Source: an uncultured virus (IMG/VR IMGVR_UViG_3300042350_005045) | Taxonomy: Duplodnaviria; Heunggongvirae; Uroviricota; Caudoviricetes | IMG/VR virus record: IMGVR_UViG_3300042350_005045 | Reading direction: 5' to 3' (one strand) | Length of the DNA: 64,000 nucleotides | Shown: positions 36,909 to 48,541 of the stretch, one piece after another | How positions within the stretch are numbered: position 1 is the stretch's first letter | Layout: the number at the start of each line of letters is the position of its first letter | Notes under the pieces: generated by a model | The model's database searches: none | Seen by the model: only the letters and a program-made list of their open reading frames with translations | What the model was told of the DNA's origin: nothing | Program-made: the position numbers and the translations under genes

Positions 36909-38228
36909 TCAGCGAGAGATTTCTTCCCAGTCTAAAGAAGCGAGCACATCGGAACCAGCTTGAGCACTGCTGCATACCAATGTTAATTCTGTTGGAGTAC
37001 TGGTAAGACCATTCCGTTCTAACTGAAATGAAAACAAAGCTTCTTTCAGAATGTCAACAACGGTTGAACCTTGGTTAGAACCAGTGGCAAAACCACTTGC
37101 TAACACACGTCCTGTTCCCATGGCAAAGGACGTGCCAGTGATGTTGTATTCAACGGAAGAGGTTGCTCCAGTGGTATCCCATGATCCACCTGTGGTTGTA
37201 CCACCTGTAATTACTTTCCAGTTGTAGTTTGAATTGTTAGTAATACCCATGATTGATAAGGCGGTCAAGATAACAATTGCATCAAGACGAGTTGATTTAA
37301 GACGAATAGAAATAACAGGGTACTCAGTGGAGATATCTGTTAGATCACGTGGTGATGCAATCGGAGTACCAATAGCAGACTGTGCTCCACGTAGTTCGTA
37401 CCCACCTTCCGATAGGACTGTCGAACAAACTTGCTTTAAAGTACTGCTGCTTGCCGTAGTACCCACATTAGTAATTTCATAACGTAACGGCAAAGATGCC
37501 GTTGTTATATAAGTGGATGTGATTAGGTTAGCGTGATGGAATGAATGGCAGTGAATGAATGCACCATTGATTACAAACCCTGCACGCACCGTACCAAGGC
37601 CAAGCCATTCAATATCAAACCAAAGGATTTGAGCTTTGGTAAGATCAAGCGTAAAACCTGAGGGTCCATTGCCATCTAGTTTGTCAATGTTCCAGTTGGC
37701 TTGTGTTACACGTGTTTCAGTAACACTTCCGGTCACAGAACTACGCTCAACAAGGGCTGGTCCCGTGGTACCACTGACCTCTAGATACAAACCATTGGAA
37801 GCCCCATAGTAACCAACACGTTGCCGCAGGTTAGTCTTTGGAGCATTCATTACAAAGGTTGACATAAACAACAAGGATTTCCCTGGTTGATATGAACAGA
37901 CCTTGTTGGTTTCCCTGATGATCTCAGAACCAGATGTAGTGGTTACATTGAGATCAACAAGGCCTTGGTTTGCGTTGAATGCAAACGTACCACCAGCACC
38001 ACTGGAGGTAGACCACAAACCATTGTCGTTATAACGATGGCTTGAATCAAATAAAGTCAGAGGTGCTGATACACGTGTCCTCCCAAATGCATCACCAGCC
38101 ATCCCGGCAGGCTGGGAATAAACAATATTACCACTTGCAGTAGTTACCTCAAGGGGTTGGCCACTGCAAGTTTGTACCTTTACGACTTCATATAAAAGGG
38201 GTTCACCTGCTTCTCTATAGATTGGCAT
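36909..38228 (-). CDS. Probable virion structural protein
   Basis: DAFGRTRVSAPLTLFD...YQPGKS...DIEWLGLG pattern; T/G/S-rich. Confidence 0.65.
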   Translation of the reverse strand: MPIYREAGEPLLYEVVKVQTCSGQPLEVTTASGNIVYSQPAGMAGDAFGRTRVSAPLTLFDSSHRYNDNGLWSTSSGAGGTFAFNANQGLVDLNVTTTSGSEIIRETNKVCSYQPGKSLLFMSTFVMNAPKTNLRQRVGYYGASNGLYLEVSGTTGPALVERSSVTGSVTETRVTQANWNIDKLDGNGPSGFTLDLTKAQILWFDIEWLGLGTVRAGFVINGAFIHCHSFHHANLITSTYITTASLPLRYEITNVGTTASSSTLKQVCSTVLSEGGYELRGAQSAIGTPIASPRDLTDISTEYPVISIRLKSTRLDAIVILTALSIMGITNNSNYNWKVITGGTTTGGSWDTTGATSSVEYNITGTSFAMGTGRVLASGFATGSNQGSTVVDILKEALFSFQLERNGLTSTPTELTLVCSSAQAGSDVLASLDWEEISR

Positions 38229-39659
38229 TGGACTTAGGCTTACGTCTCTTTATTATCGCAGCCCTCCACTCACCAGCTAGATGCCCATAGTCCCTGGGTT
38301 CTGTGACAGGAACATTCTCTGCACCACATACACCACATGTGCCGTTGTGATAGGTGGCATAGTGATGTGGCGGTCCAATGTAGGAACCCTTCTTGTACCA
38401 AGTGCCATAGTCTTGGCCACAAGTATCACAAACCCAAGCTGGGTAGTCGGGATCTTTTAAACGTGACATCAATCTTGACTAAGGTGGTGGTAACGCAGCA
38501 TATCAACCAGTTCCTTGGTGCGTTGATATTCTTTTTCTGCATAGCCCATTGCTTCTGTTGCTGCCTGGTAAAAAGCTTTATAGAAATCTTTGCCACTTAA
38601 TTCGTATTGGTATTCAGCAAGTGTGTCAGCAAAATGCTCACGTGCTTTTTCAATCCACATCGCTTTTGGATTGGTGTCAGACAAGGTTTCAACTGCGTTG
38701 GACGTGTCATGCATGTTTTCGTTGGAATCTTTGGTAGTCATTGGCTTGTTAATTTCAGCAATAATACGGTGACTACGATACCACTCCTGCCATCGCTTGA
38801 TGGTATCCACTGGTTCTTCTGTACTGTCCATAAATAAAAGGGACGCACCACTATCGTGGCACGCCCTAACAACAATGTCAGTTCATTGTAAACCTTAAGA
38901 AACAGGTTCGAGCAATCCTTCTTCGTACAGACGAACTGCTTCTACCATTTCAAAGTACTTTTCGCGCATGATAGGGCCAGCTTCACGAACACAAAAGTCT
39001 TGCCACAGACCACTGTAGAGACCGTTGGTACGGCCTGAACACTTGTACATGTGCTCCATGAAGTCAGCTTTTTTTTGCTCAGCAATCACATTCCAGTTGC
39101 GGAGTTGCTCTTTAAGCCAAGGCGTATCAAATGCACCGGCTGTATTGAGCCTGATGGCAAGGTCGTCAGTCATTGAATTCAATGGAGGTACAGGAAGTGC
39201 AGACACCGGTCACGTGACCGAGTTCAAATAATAGGTCATCTAGGTCGTCTTGGATGGCTTCTGCAATTTCATCTGCGGTTTTACCACCGAAGGAATTGTA
39301 TTCCACCTCAAGATCAACCGCAAAAGACACGGTGAGCTTTGGTACGTAAACGGGTTCCATTCCTTGTTGTAAGGGTGCAATTACTGTAGCAGTAATTAAC
39401 TACCCAACAAACGCTCAAGGGAATGTGCCTGATGCTCTTGGTAATAACCAAGGCGCTTCTGAATCAAGTTGTAGTAGTTAATGGCAGCATCTACCATCTC
39501 TTCTGCATCCATTGATGCAGCAAGGTTTTCATTGGCAAGCATGGCTGCTGTCAAGATGACAACACCATGCTCCATCTTGGAACCGATGGTTGCTGATAAA
39601 GGAGTCCCATCTTGGGTGAACCCAGCAATCAATTTGTTTAAAACGGGATCACCGCCCAT
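38215..39659 (-). CDS. Cluster of five small hypothetical genes (38215-38472, 38469-38831, 38895-39173, 39166-39360, 39396-39659)
   Basis: Closely packed co-oriented ORFs; the first has CxxC...CxxC. Confidence 0.55.
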
Positions 39660-39693
39660 GAGACTCCTACTGCTTTACTTATTGTATTGCAGT

Positions 39694-40107
39694 TTATTTA
39701 CCAGTTTTCTCCCGTTGCGTCCAATACCAATAGGCATTAGCTGCATTTTGGTGAAACCGTTTGCCAACGAGCAGTTTGAGTTTCTTTTGCTCAAGGTCTT
39801 CGTACTCACTCATGTGATAGTCCAGCACCTTGCCTTCTTCCATGAGCATCTCCATCTGCAAACCATTCATCTCCAGTTGGAGATCAAAGTCTTTGATGGC
39901 ATGATCATGACAACTCATCTTGATACGAGCGTCTTCACCATCAGTCGGCGCTGGAATCTTCTGATAAAAACTCTCTTGGATACTCGGATGATACCAAGTC
40001 CAGTCTTGGCTCTGAGAAGATTCGTTTGGAACGGACGGAGTATTCTTGTTGGACTTTGACTCCGCTTGGGAGTTGTTGGCCTTTTTGATAGGCGCTGCGT
40101 ATGGCAT
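39694..40107 (-). CDS. Hypothetical protein overlapping the Gp157-like gene
   Basis: C-terminal half looks protein-like; nearest Met is 40107. Confidence 0.5.
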   Translation of the reverse strand: MPYAAPIKKANNSQAESKSNKNTPSVPNESSQSQDWTWYHPSIQESFYQKIPAPTDGEDARIKMSCHDHAIKDFDLQLEMNGLQMEMLMEEGKVLDYHMSEYEDLEQKKLKLLVGKRFHQNAANAYWYWTQREKTGK

Positions 40108-40654
40108 CGAGGTTAGGGAGGACTTTAGTGGTTGTTTTTGGTTCGATCCTTTCGTCAAGGATTTCTCCTGACATTGAACGTAACACAACTCGTTTGGTTG
40201 TGGTGACTTCTTCTGTAACGCAATAAAGTTCTCTTTCTTTAGAGTGCCAAAACTCCGGGTCCGTGGAGACTTCGACTGTAAGTTCCTTCTTTTTAACAAG
40301 GGTGAACTGGTAATTGCGACCGGTGATTTTGTTCGTGTCTTGTGGAAGGACACGACGCAAATAATTTAGCAAGCCTTTGAGTGACCGCAGTTGGGATTCG
40401 TGGTGACGCTTGGCTTGCGTAATGAGATCACCTTCTTTCTTGATGCGTTCGAGCGCATCTTCATGCGCCGCCATTGCGTAATAGATACGATCAATTTTTT
40501 CTGACCGTAAGTCGGCGCAAGATTCAAGCTCGGCTTTAGCCAGTTCTTGGGACTCAGGAGTGAGAAGAGGCAGAGACTTTTCGAGAGCAGCATAATGCTC
40601 GTAGAGTTTGATGACAGATAAGTCTTTGAGTTTAGCCTGGGTAATTTGTGACAT
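39941..40654 (-). CDS. Siphovirus Gp157-like protein
   Basis: EKIDRIYY...IKKEGDLITQAKR...LKGLL...KITG..YQFT...IRSAYQKGQQLPSGV. Confidence 0.7.
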   Translation of the reverse strand: MSQITQAKLKDLSVIKLYEHYAALEKSLPLLTPESQELAKAELESCADLRSEKIDRIYYAMAAHEDALERIKKEGDLITQAKRHHESQLRSLKGLLNYLRRVLPQDTNKITGRNYQFTLVKKKELTVEVSTDPEFWHSKERELYCVTEEVTTTKRVVLRSMSGEILDERIEPKTTTKVLPNLDAIRSAYQKGQQLPSGVKVQQEYSVRSKRIFSEPRLDLVSSEYPREFLSEDSSAD

Positions 40655-40657
40655 GAC

Positions 40658-40771
40658 TCAGTTGAATTGAGATTGGAATTTGTTGAGTGCATAGGTCAGC
40701 AGCGCTCCGGCTGCTGCCCACAAGATGTCTTTCAACACCGGCAGTACGGTGGCAAGTAAGGATTCAAACAT
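40658..40771 (-). CDS. Small membrane peptide (37 aa)
   Basis: MFESLLATVLPVLKDILWAAAGALLTYALNKFQSQFN. Confidence 0.5.
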   Translation of the reverse strand: MFESLLATVLPVLKDILWAAAGALLTYALNKFQSQFN

Positions 40772-41836
40772 GACTGAGCTGAGTTGGTGTGGGGTCAGTT
40801 TTACGTCATGACCAGGACGGCAACCCTGCAGGGTTTATGCGTGCTCAGTCTACCTTATCATCAAGGGTAGTGGCAAGCCCTTCGAGACCTGCTACTAGAT
40901 TACTGACGTAGTCCGTCAGCGCCTGGAGCTTGGCGTCAAGAGCTTCGGTGTAAGTCACCAAGGTTTCAATCATGTCAATGATTTCTTGGTGAGAAGGAAC
41001 AATGCCATACATGTCATTTTCCTTCAATGCATCAGGGTTGTTACTCTTTTGGTGACGCCGACAGTCATCATTGGTAGTGTACACAGCTTCTTGGTACATC
41101 TCTGAGACAGTTTTGAAGTCAACATTGCCGACCCCTTCACTGCTCAAAATGTTGCAGGCGTCAAGGTAAAGCTTGGCAGCAGAACGTATGTTCTTGTGAA
41201 AGAACTCGGTGTACTGCTCAGAAGAAAGGCCGTAGGTGTCAATCGACATGATTATCAAAAGATTCGGTGTCAGTGTACGAAGCACAAGCTTCTCGTAGTG
41301 AAGTGAGAATAAATTCTTCTTGGCCTTGTGGACCTAAAGAAGTCCAGTAGTCAAGGTCAGGATCGTTTTCATCCCACTCAATGTTGATGGACATGGTGCC
41401 ATCTTCTTCATCAATACATTCAAGTTTGAGCTTTTCGATCCAATTCAGATTCGACATGGCCAATCAATACGTTTTGTGCGTAGTCTTCATGATGCATCTT
41501 AAGCTCCGCAGCAAGCTTAACAAGCTCCCAGTGTGTATCTTCTGGGAGATCAAGATCATAACGCGTGGGTTTTGTCATAAGAGGTTCAGTTGCAAGTTGA
41601 CGTGCGTATTCAAGAATGTCATCACTGACTTCAATGATTGCTTCATTCATTGCTATCGGTTTCAATACGCCAGATTACATTACGAGCAATTGGAATTTTA
41701 AGAGCCATGCGAAGTGTGTTGTTTTCATGGATCAATAGTTTAATCATGTCCAAAGTAGTTATTTCACACTCTGGAAATTGCTTGCCAACTTCATGGGCTA
41801 CACGTTGGTATTCAGTTTTGTAATCGATTTCATTGA

Positions 41837-42781
41837 TCATTTCTTGATGGCGGCTTTGAGTTGAGGTAGGGCAATGCCAGGGAATGGCACATACGACGCA
41901 TCCATCATATTGAAGAACAGATCCCATGCATGGTGCTGCGTGAACACTTCGTTAGGTTTGTAGTTACGCCAATGGGATAAAGGAGCTTGTGCCCCCTGGT
42001 TGGTGTACAACAAAACAAAGCGTCCATCACTGATCGAATCCTTGGGAGGTGCGTAGAACCAGGCCACACACTTCTCAGGCGTACCACTGGGGCTAGCGTT
42101 ACGTGCATCTGTGCGCTTGCACAACAGCTCACGGTACTTGTTGAACCAACTCAGGTGGATGCACCATGGTCTAAATCCTTCAATCTCTTCTTGGAAAGAA
42201 GATAGGTTACTGAGTTGACGTTGAAAGGACCCACATGAGCATGTAGGTTCGCCAAACATTGAGTCTTGTTTGGTGCCATCGTCCAGTTCAGAGTCCATAT
42301 CAATCGGCCGATCCGTAAGCCGCATCCCGTCCGGCGCAACCAAATGGCCAATGTCCGTTTGGTCAGACTGAAGGATAGCTGTGATTTTGGCAATGTCTGA
42401 TACGTGTATAAATTTGTCTGCCCAGTGAGCTTGTAGTTTTGCATTGGAAGTCAGGTGTCCGAGTGCGTGCGTGTAGTTCCAGCCCTTAAACAATACGTAA
42501 GCATTGTTGTGCCATACACTAGGGCCACGATAATTAGGGCCAAGATAGGAAAAGAAATCTTTGAGACGGTGGGTGTAGTTAGTAAAGGCTAACTTGATTA
42601 GCTCCCGTGGATAAGTCTGCTCACTACCATCACGACGCACCACAAGACAATTATCGTCTCGCAGATAAATGCCAGCAATTTCGGTGTCATCAAAATCCTG
42701 GAACGCACGACTGATGTTAGTACGTGTGTAGATCAGAGACTGAGCGGCGTTAAGTTCTTGTTGCTGAAGTTGAGTTGACAT
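41837..42781 (-). CDS. SWIM Zn-finger protein
   Basis: PTCSCGSF...WCIHL. Confidence 0.6.
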   Translation of the reverse strand: MSTQLQQQELNAAQSLIYTRTNISRAFQDFDDTEIAGIYLRDDNCLVVRRDGSEQTYPRELIKLAFTNYTHRLKDFFSYLGPNYRGPSVWHNNAYVLFKGWNYTHALGHLTSNAKLQAHWADKFIHVSDIAKITAILQSDQTDIGHLVAPDGMRLTDRPIDMDSELDDGTKQDSMFGEPTCSCGSFQRQLSNLSSFQEEIEGFRPWCIHLSWFNKYRELLCKRTDARNASPSGTPEKCVAWFYAPPKDSISDGRFVLLYTNQGAQAPLSHWRNYKPNEVFTQHHAWDLFFNMMDASYVPFPGIALPQLKAAIKK

Positions 42782-43082
42782 GAGTTGAGTGGTGTGGTGT
42801 TAGATGCAGTGATCCTGATCAGTGGATCGGTACCGCTTGGCTTGCCGTTCGATCTCTCGATCTCTGGCCTGCTTGCCCATCCTATACGATCCCCAGAGCA
42901 CGGCGGCCCAGGCAGCGGGGTTTGGTACGCAAAACGCAATGGTACCAACGATGAGAGCCGTGGCACCACCAACCTTGAGCGCAGCTTTGTCTTCAGGTTT
43001 CATTTGGTAATCCTTAACACATTCAGTGGACTTGAAACAAGTTTAAATGGAGGCGTAGAATAAACTCAACCAATTGAATAAC

Positions 43083-43301
43083 ATGTTGAAATTTGAAATG
43101 TCGCCAGAGGATATGTTCTGGCAAGAGAAGATGATTCGTAGTATCAATGATTGCAACTCAATGAATGAACTAAAGGAAATGGCAACCTTGTTAACCAAGA
43201 TTGCCACGCAACGTCAAATTGCAATCAAAGGATTAGTAGCTGATGCGATGGAGCTTATGAAAGAGAATTACTCACACAAGCTCCCAGCCATCAAAGACTA
43301 A
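43083..43301 (+). CDS. Possible second NblA-like protein
   Basis: MSPEDMFWQEKMIRSINDCNSMNELKEMATLL, helix-loop-helix of NblA size; TAGAAT box upstream. Confidence 0.4.
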   Translation: MLKFEMSPEDMFWQEKMIRSINDCNSMNELKEMATLLTKIATQRQIAIKGLVADAMELMKENYSHKLPAIKD

Positions 43302-44321
43302 TCACATCAGGTCTGCATCCTCACCAGTCAGCGGATCACGGGCAGGCAATGCCTTCACATCAACTGTGTCCGTGGTCCGAGAGACAGGAAGGATCTCAAC
43401 TCCTTCTTTGATTCCGTATGCACCGCCAAGCTTTTGTGCGTCTTGCCGTGCATGTTGATTGATGTAGTCGCTGAACATGTCCTGGTATTTCCAGGTTGAT
43501 TCACGATCTTCATCAGGGATGCTGAGGCGATTAAGCGAAATAATCGCTTCATCTTGAGAACTGTAATCAGGAATCTCAAACGATTCAATCGCACAGATCT
43601 CTACGTTATTGGCACCACGCATCTCGTTGGCAAGCACTGGTATAAACACAGTGGTGGCGTAGAACTTCTCGTTGAATGCTAGAGGTACCTCAGAGTCCAG
43701 TGCTTTGCTCAGGCACTTGGACATTTCTTTTTCGTACAGCTTGACCTTGTCGCTAACGTCGGTGCCGTTAAGACCCTTGAGTGTAAGCACCATAGGAATC
43801 TTATGAGCACGCTTATTGTCCTCGGTCAGAACATAGACCAAGTACTTTGTACGTACACTGTACTTACGCTTGTACATCTCGCCTTTGCTATTGGCAAGAT
43901 CAGCGGCCAGCTTGTCGTTATCAAATGCAGCCTTGACATCAGGATCCTCAAAGGTTCCAATCGTCTGCCTCATCCCTGTGGTTTCCTCAACCATAAGGGG
44001 AGAACGTAAAAGGATCTGCAGACGAGGCTCAATGAAATTGAGTCCTTCTTCAATTGAAGTGTTGGGAGCCATACCAAAAGTTTGCTTGTAGTCCCAGATA
44101 ACTGAACCCTTAGCAAATTGATTTTCAGTGGCGTTCCATCCACAAGTGTCCAGGTCTGACTTCCGCACGAACCAACCTCGGATCTTTGATTTGTTGAGAG
44201 GTTGGATGGTGACAAGATTCTGGTATCCGGACACAAACTTTTTATCTTGGAAAAGTTTGAAGGAATCCAGTCCACGTGTTGCAAGCGCAGATGTTTTGTT
44301 GGCGGTCATAGCAGGAGTCAT
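43302..44321 (-). CDS. Conserved cyanophage/cyanobacterial protein (DUF5895-like)
   Basis: 339 aa; PR..IL.RSPL...RTKYLVYVL..DNK..H..P..LTLKG. Confidence 0.55.
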   Translation of the reverse strand: MTPAMTANKTSALATRGLDSFKLFQDKKFVSGYQNLVTIQPLNKSKIRGWFVRKSDLDTCGWNATENQFAKGSVIWDYKQTFGMAPNTSIEEGLNFIEPRLQILLRSPLMVEETTGMRQTIGTFEDPDVKAAFDNDKLAADLANSKGEMYKRKYSVRTKYLVYVLTEDNKRAHKIPMVLTLKGLNGTDVSDKVKLYEKEMSKCLSKALDSEVPLAFNEKFYATTVFIPVLANEMRGANNVEICAIESFEIPDYSSQDEAIISLNRLSIPDEDRESTWKYQDMFSDYINQHARQDAQKLGGAYGIKEGVEILPVSRTTDTVDVKALPARDPLTGEDADLM

Positions 44322-44629
44322 GGTTGTTTCGTAGTGAAAGACAGGCAGTTTAACGTCGTACCAGAGGACGAGAAATTACTCTATTATTTTGAGTTCTTCT
44401 TGTTGAAGCTCAAGAAACATCTCCTTATTTGAGTTGTAAAGCTCAAGATACTGGCTTGAGATTTCATGCATGCGTTCAATGATGTTTAGCTCAAGATGCC
44501 CAACACCACGCATGAAATTAATGAACTCATCAACAATTTCATCTGTGCCAATGCACTGGAACTCATGCAGTACTTTGCGTTTGCCATCCTCATAGAGGAG
44601 AGTAAACTGATCTTCGGGTTGAGTTGACA

Positions 44630-45445
44630 TCAGAATGGAGGTTCGTCGTTGAATTCAGGTGCGTTGCCGTATTGGCCGGGGAGATCAGGCAGTCCAGTGT
44701 TGGGGCCTGCATTCCAGGGATCGCTGGTCTCTTCAACGGTCTTACCGCCCCATAGGCTAGCAACATTCTCCGTGGATGACACGGTTGTTTGGGATGCCAC
44801 TTGTTTTGTTTGAGACTCACTCGTCTTAGGAGCCAGTGTCATCTGCACAAGCTGCAGCTTGGTAACGCTACGGCGCTGGTTGGTTTCCTTATCGGTCCAG
44901 GCATCGGTCACAATTCTGGCACGAATAGTAAGACCAGTGCCTTTACGCGTCATGTTCACAAGGAGTTCAGCTTGGTTGAACTTATCTTGTGCAGTGTTAA
45001 TTGCGTAGAAGTTAAACAGATCAGCTTGGTTGCGTCCAGTATTAACTGACAGTGTTTGATTGGCAATCATCAAACCATCTGCAGTTGTCTTGAAGGCACG
45101 TGCATCTGTTTGATCAATGTCTTTGATGCAACGCCCCGTCAAGATAACGTCGTTGAAGACAGGGAATGCTTCAGTAACTTGAGCAACAACTCCTCCATTG
45201 AGCGAGTACGTTTTTGATTCAAGATCAAACCGTAGCTTGGAGCCGTGAATGTACACACGGTCTCCTTTGTTGAGGGATCGGAAAGCATCTCCGGTTTTCC
45301 CGTAAACATTGAGGACAAGAACTGTAGGAGCTTTGTTGCCAACCGGCGGAAGAGTTACTTCAGCGCAGTAGTTGAATGTGGTTGAACTGGTGTATACCTG
45401 ACGAGGATTCTCGTTCAGGATTGCGCAAACATCAACGTAATTCAT
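44630..45445 (-). CDS. ssb: Single-stranded DNA-binding protein (tandem OB folds)
   Basis: Two SSB-like halves (LNKGDRVYIHG; NDVILTGR...DAWTDKETNQRRS) and an acidic tail ending DEPPF. Confidence 0.8.
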   Translation of the reverse strand: MNYVDVCAILNENPRQVYTSSTTFNYCAEVTLPPVGNKAPTVLVLNVYGKTGDAFRSLNKGDRVYIHGSKLRFDLESKTYSLNGGVVAQVTEAFPVFNDVILTGRCIKDIDQTDARAFKTTADGLMIANQTLSVNTGRNQADLFNFYAINTAQDKFNQAELLVNMTRKGTGLTIRARIVTDAWTDKETNQRRSVTKLQLVQMTLAPKTSESQTKQVASQTTVSSTENVASLWGGKTVEETSDPWNAGPNTGLPDLPGQYGNAPEFNDEPPF

Positions 45446-45679
45446 TGGATCAAAAGGATTGTGTTAAAGCAGTTTAACGTCATACTTAGGACGGATTTTC
45501 AATCTTTGTTTTTAATCGTTTGGGTTTTGTCCTGGATCAACCAAAAGAAATAACCAAGAACAAATCCCTGGAACCATGTAAATGCAAATGCGTACTTGAT
45601 CAGTGCAGAAAATACTGCAAGTGCAACCAATGATCCAATAACTTTGTTTAGAAGTTCTTCTTGTGATGAAGGCATCTCA

Positions 45680-47542
45680 TCAGTGGGTGGCAGACCAGTC
45701 AGATCCTACACGAGAGTCTCCTTCAATTTCGCATTGGAACCCAAAGAATTTCTGTGCTTGCGGGAAGGCTGCCATGGCTTGGTCACGGATGCGTTCTGTG
45801 TATTGTGGCTTACATACCAACTGACATTCGTCGTGCACCATCAAGACTTGTTCCCAGTCCTTACCGTGGATCAAGCCAAGGTTCTGCTCAATGTTGTTAT
45901 GGATGGTGACAACAACTTGCTTCATTAGGATTGCACCTGCTGATTGCAGCAGGACATTCAATCCTTTGAACGCTGAGCGACAATATAAAATACGACGATC
46001 AAGGCCAATGAGATAACCCCTGGATCCAATGTTTTCATCAATCTTTTCCTTAAGTGATTTAAGAGCTGGCACCCCGTTCATGAATGAATTAATTGCAGTT
46101 CTTCCTAGTTGACGAAGAACTTCTTCATTTTTTTCATTCGGGTTAATAATAGTACCGGCCTTTAGGTGGCCGGCGCCATACAGTACAGCATAAAGCAAAC
46201 GCTTACTAATGTCTCGTGTTGCTACACCGAACCTTTCTTGATTGTAGACATGAATATCAATCTCAGGATTTGTAACCACACGCGCGTATTCCCCCTGGTC
46301 CCAATAGGCAAGATACCCTGCAAGACAGCGCAGCTCTAATGCTTTGGCATCAATACCAATCATGTCCCACCCTTGCGGTGCATGAAATAATGCACGGCAT
46401 TCTTTACCGTATGGCGAATAACCTGCTGGCACCTGACCCATATTTGGGTATCGGTGAGAACAACGCCCAGTGATACAACCATTAGTAACAACGTCACCGT
46501 GCATGCGACCGCTGTCATGATTAACCAACTTGAGCCAAGCATTGTTGCCATTAACAATTTGTCCAAGACGTTTCTTGACGAGCATGTATTCTGCCAAAGC
46601 TTTTGCCTCTGGATAAGGCAACTGCTCTAGCACTTCATCATCAACGACTGGATTTCCTTTTTCAGTAAATTTTTCTGGTTGCCATCCATACTTGCTCTTG
46701 AGTCGATCAGCAATTTGGTCACGAGATCCAGGATTGAATTCTTCGTATCGTACTTTTTCAAATGGAACTCCTTTGACGTAACCACGTTTGGCGTTGTTTA
46801 CCTTAGGTGTAAACCATGTGGTGTGCTTGATTGGTGGAAAGATTTCTTTTAGTTGTGGCTCAAGCTGTGCTTCTTTTGCTCGGAGATCATCCACAAGATC
46901 AAGAGCTGCATCCACATCAAAAGGAACACCTGCTCTAATTTGCTTGTTAATCGCAAAAGCAAAGTCGTGCTCAAGCCTAAGCGCAGGTTCCGGATAGTTT
47001 TGCCTGGTGATGTGCTCCCAAAGTTTCGTTGTAACTGCAACGTCCTGGATACAGTAGTCCAACATCTCCTGAGAATATTCGGAGAAGTCTTTGAAGTCGA
47101 TCTTATGATCGGCCAATCTCCATCCCCAAGCCTTAAGTGATGCAGCACCCCGCTGGTTCGGTGGAACCTGCGGATATTGTTCCGTGTCAAGTTCATAGAG
47201 TTTTTCCTTGGGCCAGATCAATCGTGTGCAAATGAGTGTGTCAATGATGCGTGTTTTGCAGTCAAATGAATGCAGCTTTTGCAGAACAGGAATGTCATAG
47301 AAAAGAATGTTGTGGCCTATCAAAACATCAGCGGTTGCCAGATGAGCAATAGCATCAGTAATGCGATCAGGCCCGTAACTAAAAGTTTGTTGGCCGGTGA
47401 TGTCATGGATGACGATGCAGTGGATCTTACTAACTTTGTCATAGAGACCATCGGATTCCAAGTCAAAGACATAAAACTTGTCACTTACGGAATTGGGCTT
47501 CATCTGAAACTTGGAGTTCTTTACTGGCAAGGTCTTCGTCAT
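45680..47542 (-). CDS. Family A DNA polymerase (T7-like) with 3'-5' exonuclease
   Basis: FDLESDGL; GHNILFYD; YCIQDV; TGRCSH..PN; DAKALELR; KRLLYAVLYG; LLQSAGA; VHDE. Confidence 0.97.
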   Translation of the reverse strand: MTKTLPVKNSKFQMKPNSVSDKFYVFDLESDGLYDKVSKIHCIVIHDITGQQTFSYGPDRITDAIAHLATADVLIGHNILFYDIPVLQKLHSFDCKTRIIDTLICTRLIWPKEKLYELDTEQYPQVPPNQRGAASLKAWGWRLADHKIDFKDFSEYSQEMLDYCIQDVAVTTKLWEHITRQNYPEPALRLEHDFAFAINKQIRAGVPFDVDAALDLVDDLRAKEAQLEPQLKEIFPPIKHTTWFTPKVNNAKRGYVKGVPFEKVRYEEFNPGSRDQIADRLKSKYGWQPEKFTEKGNPVVDDEVLEQLPYPEAKALAEYMLVKKRLGQIVNGNNAWLKLVNHDSGRMHGDVVTNGCITGRCSHRYPNMGQVPAGYSPYGKECRALFHAPQGWDMIGIDAKALELRCLAGYLAYWDQGEYARVVTNPEIDIHVYNQERFGVATRDISKRLLYAVLYGAGHLKAGTIINPNEKNEEVLRQLGRTAINSFMNGVPALKSLKEKIDENIGSRGYLIGLDRRILYCRSAFKGLNVLLQSAGAILMKQVVVTIHNNIEQNLGLIHGKDWEQVLMVHDECQLVCKPQYTERIRDQAMAAFPQAQKFFGFQCEIEGDSRVGSDWSATH

Positions 47543-47776
47543 TGCTGTTGATCCACGTCAAGATCTGCTGTGCTCCTGCCCTATAGGGATGAGAGAAGAT
47601 CTTGTTTAAAGCTACATCAGAGTCTAGTGGAATCAACTCAAACTTATTGGTTTCACTATTTGCTGTAATGGCGTGCGGTACACCCCAGCGGGTACAAGCA
47701 ATGACGTAAGCCATGGATCAGATGAAAGACAGATAGATGATATCTGATTTCACCTGATCCGCAAGTACCTACGGAA

Positions 47777-48541
47777 TCATTTCTGATTCTTCTTGCTATA
47801 CCCTACGAACTTGCCTTCTTTCTTGCGTTGTGTGATAGCAGCCATAGCATCAGATCCAGCACGTTGGGAGCCATGAACCAGGAGTGCAAACGGTTTGTCA
47901 CCTAAACAATGGCTGTCGTCGTGATCGATGGACAAGCCGCGCTCTGCTGCTTCCTCTTCTGTGTACACAACATGAGCAACCCGCTGGTACACCTCAGGAT
48001 ATTTGTCGATCAAGTAGTCAAGCGTACCACCGTGCGATGCAGTGAGATAGAAATTGGATGGGATCATATCACGCAAGTTGTACCACATGCCAAGAGACTT
48101 GGTGTATGCGTAGAACTTTTGTTGTGGCCGACCTTGGGCCACCATAATCCAAGCCTTCATGTAGTTCTCAGTCCAGAAGTCACCTGACTCATGGATACGA
48201 ATCAGATCCTTAGCTGGTTGCATTAAGAGTGATAGGTCGATCAGATCACGCAACAGCACAGCCTGATTCCCATTCATGTGAATGGTTTCACGTAGTAGAT
48301 CCCAGTTGTGCCAGCGTGCTTCTCGTACGGTAGGACGTGTCTCTGCCATGGCAGCAAAGCAACGGAAGTCCTGTGTTGCCGTCACGCCTGTGTACTGAGG
48401 CAAGTCAGTGATCTGCCCTGTGGTGCGATCAGCAAAGGTCTTGCACACCCCAGCGTGAGGGCATGCGTACCCAGCAGGCAGGTTAAAGATGAGACGGTTC
48501 TTGAGCTTGCCGTTGCCAGTGGAAAACTTGAGGAGTTTCAT
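47777..48541 (-). CDS. Gp88-like phage protein
   Basis: GNGKL...FNLPAG..CP.A..C...C.A...RIHESGDF...FYAYTKS. Confidence 0.75.
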   Translation of the reverse strand: MKLLKFSTGNGKLKNRLIFNLPAGYACPHAGVCKTFADRTTGQITDLPQYTGVTATQDFRCFAAMAETRPTVREARWHNWDLLRETIHMNGNQAVLLRDLIDLSLLMQPAKDLIRIHESGDFWTENYMKAWIMVAQGRPQQKFYAYTKSLGMWYNLRDMIPSNFYLTASHGGTLDYLIDKYPEVYQRVAHVVYTEEEAAERGLSIDHDDSHCLGDKPFALLVHGSQRAGSDAMAAITQRKKEGKFVGYSKKNQK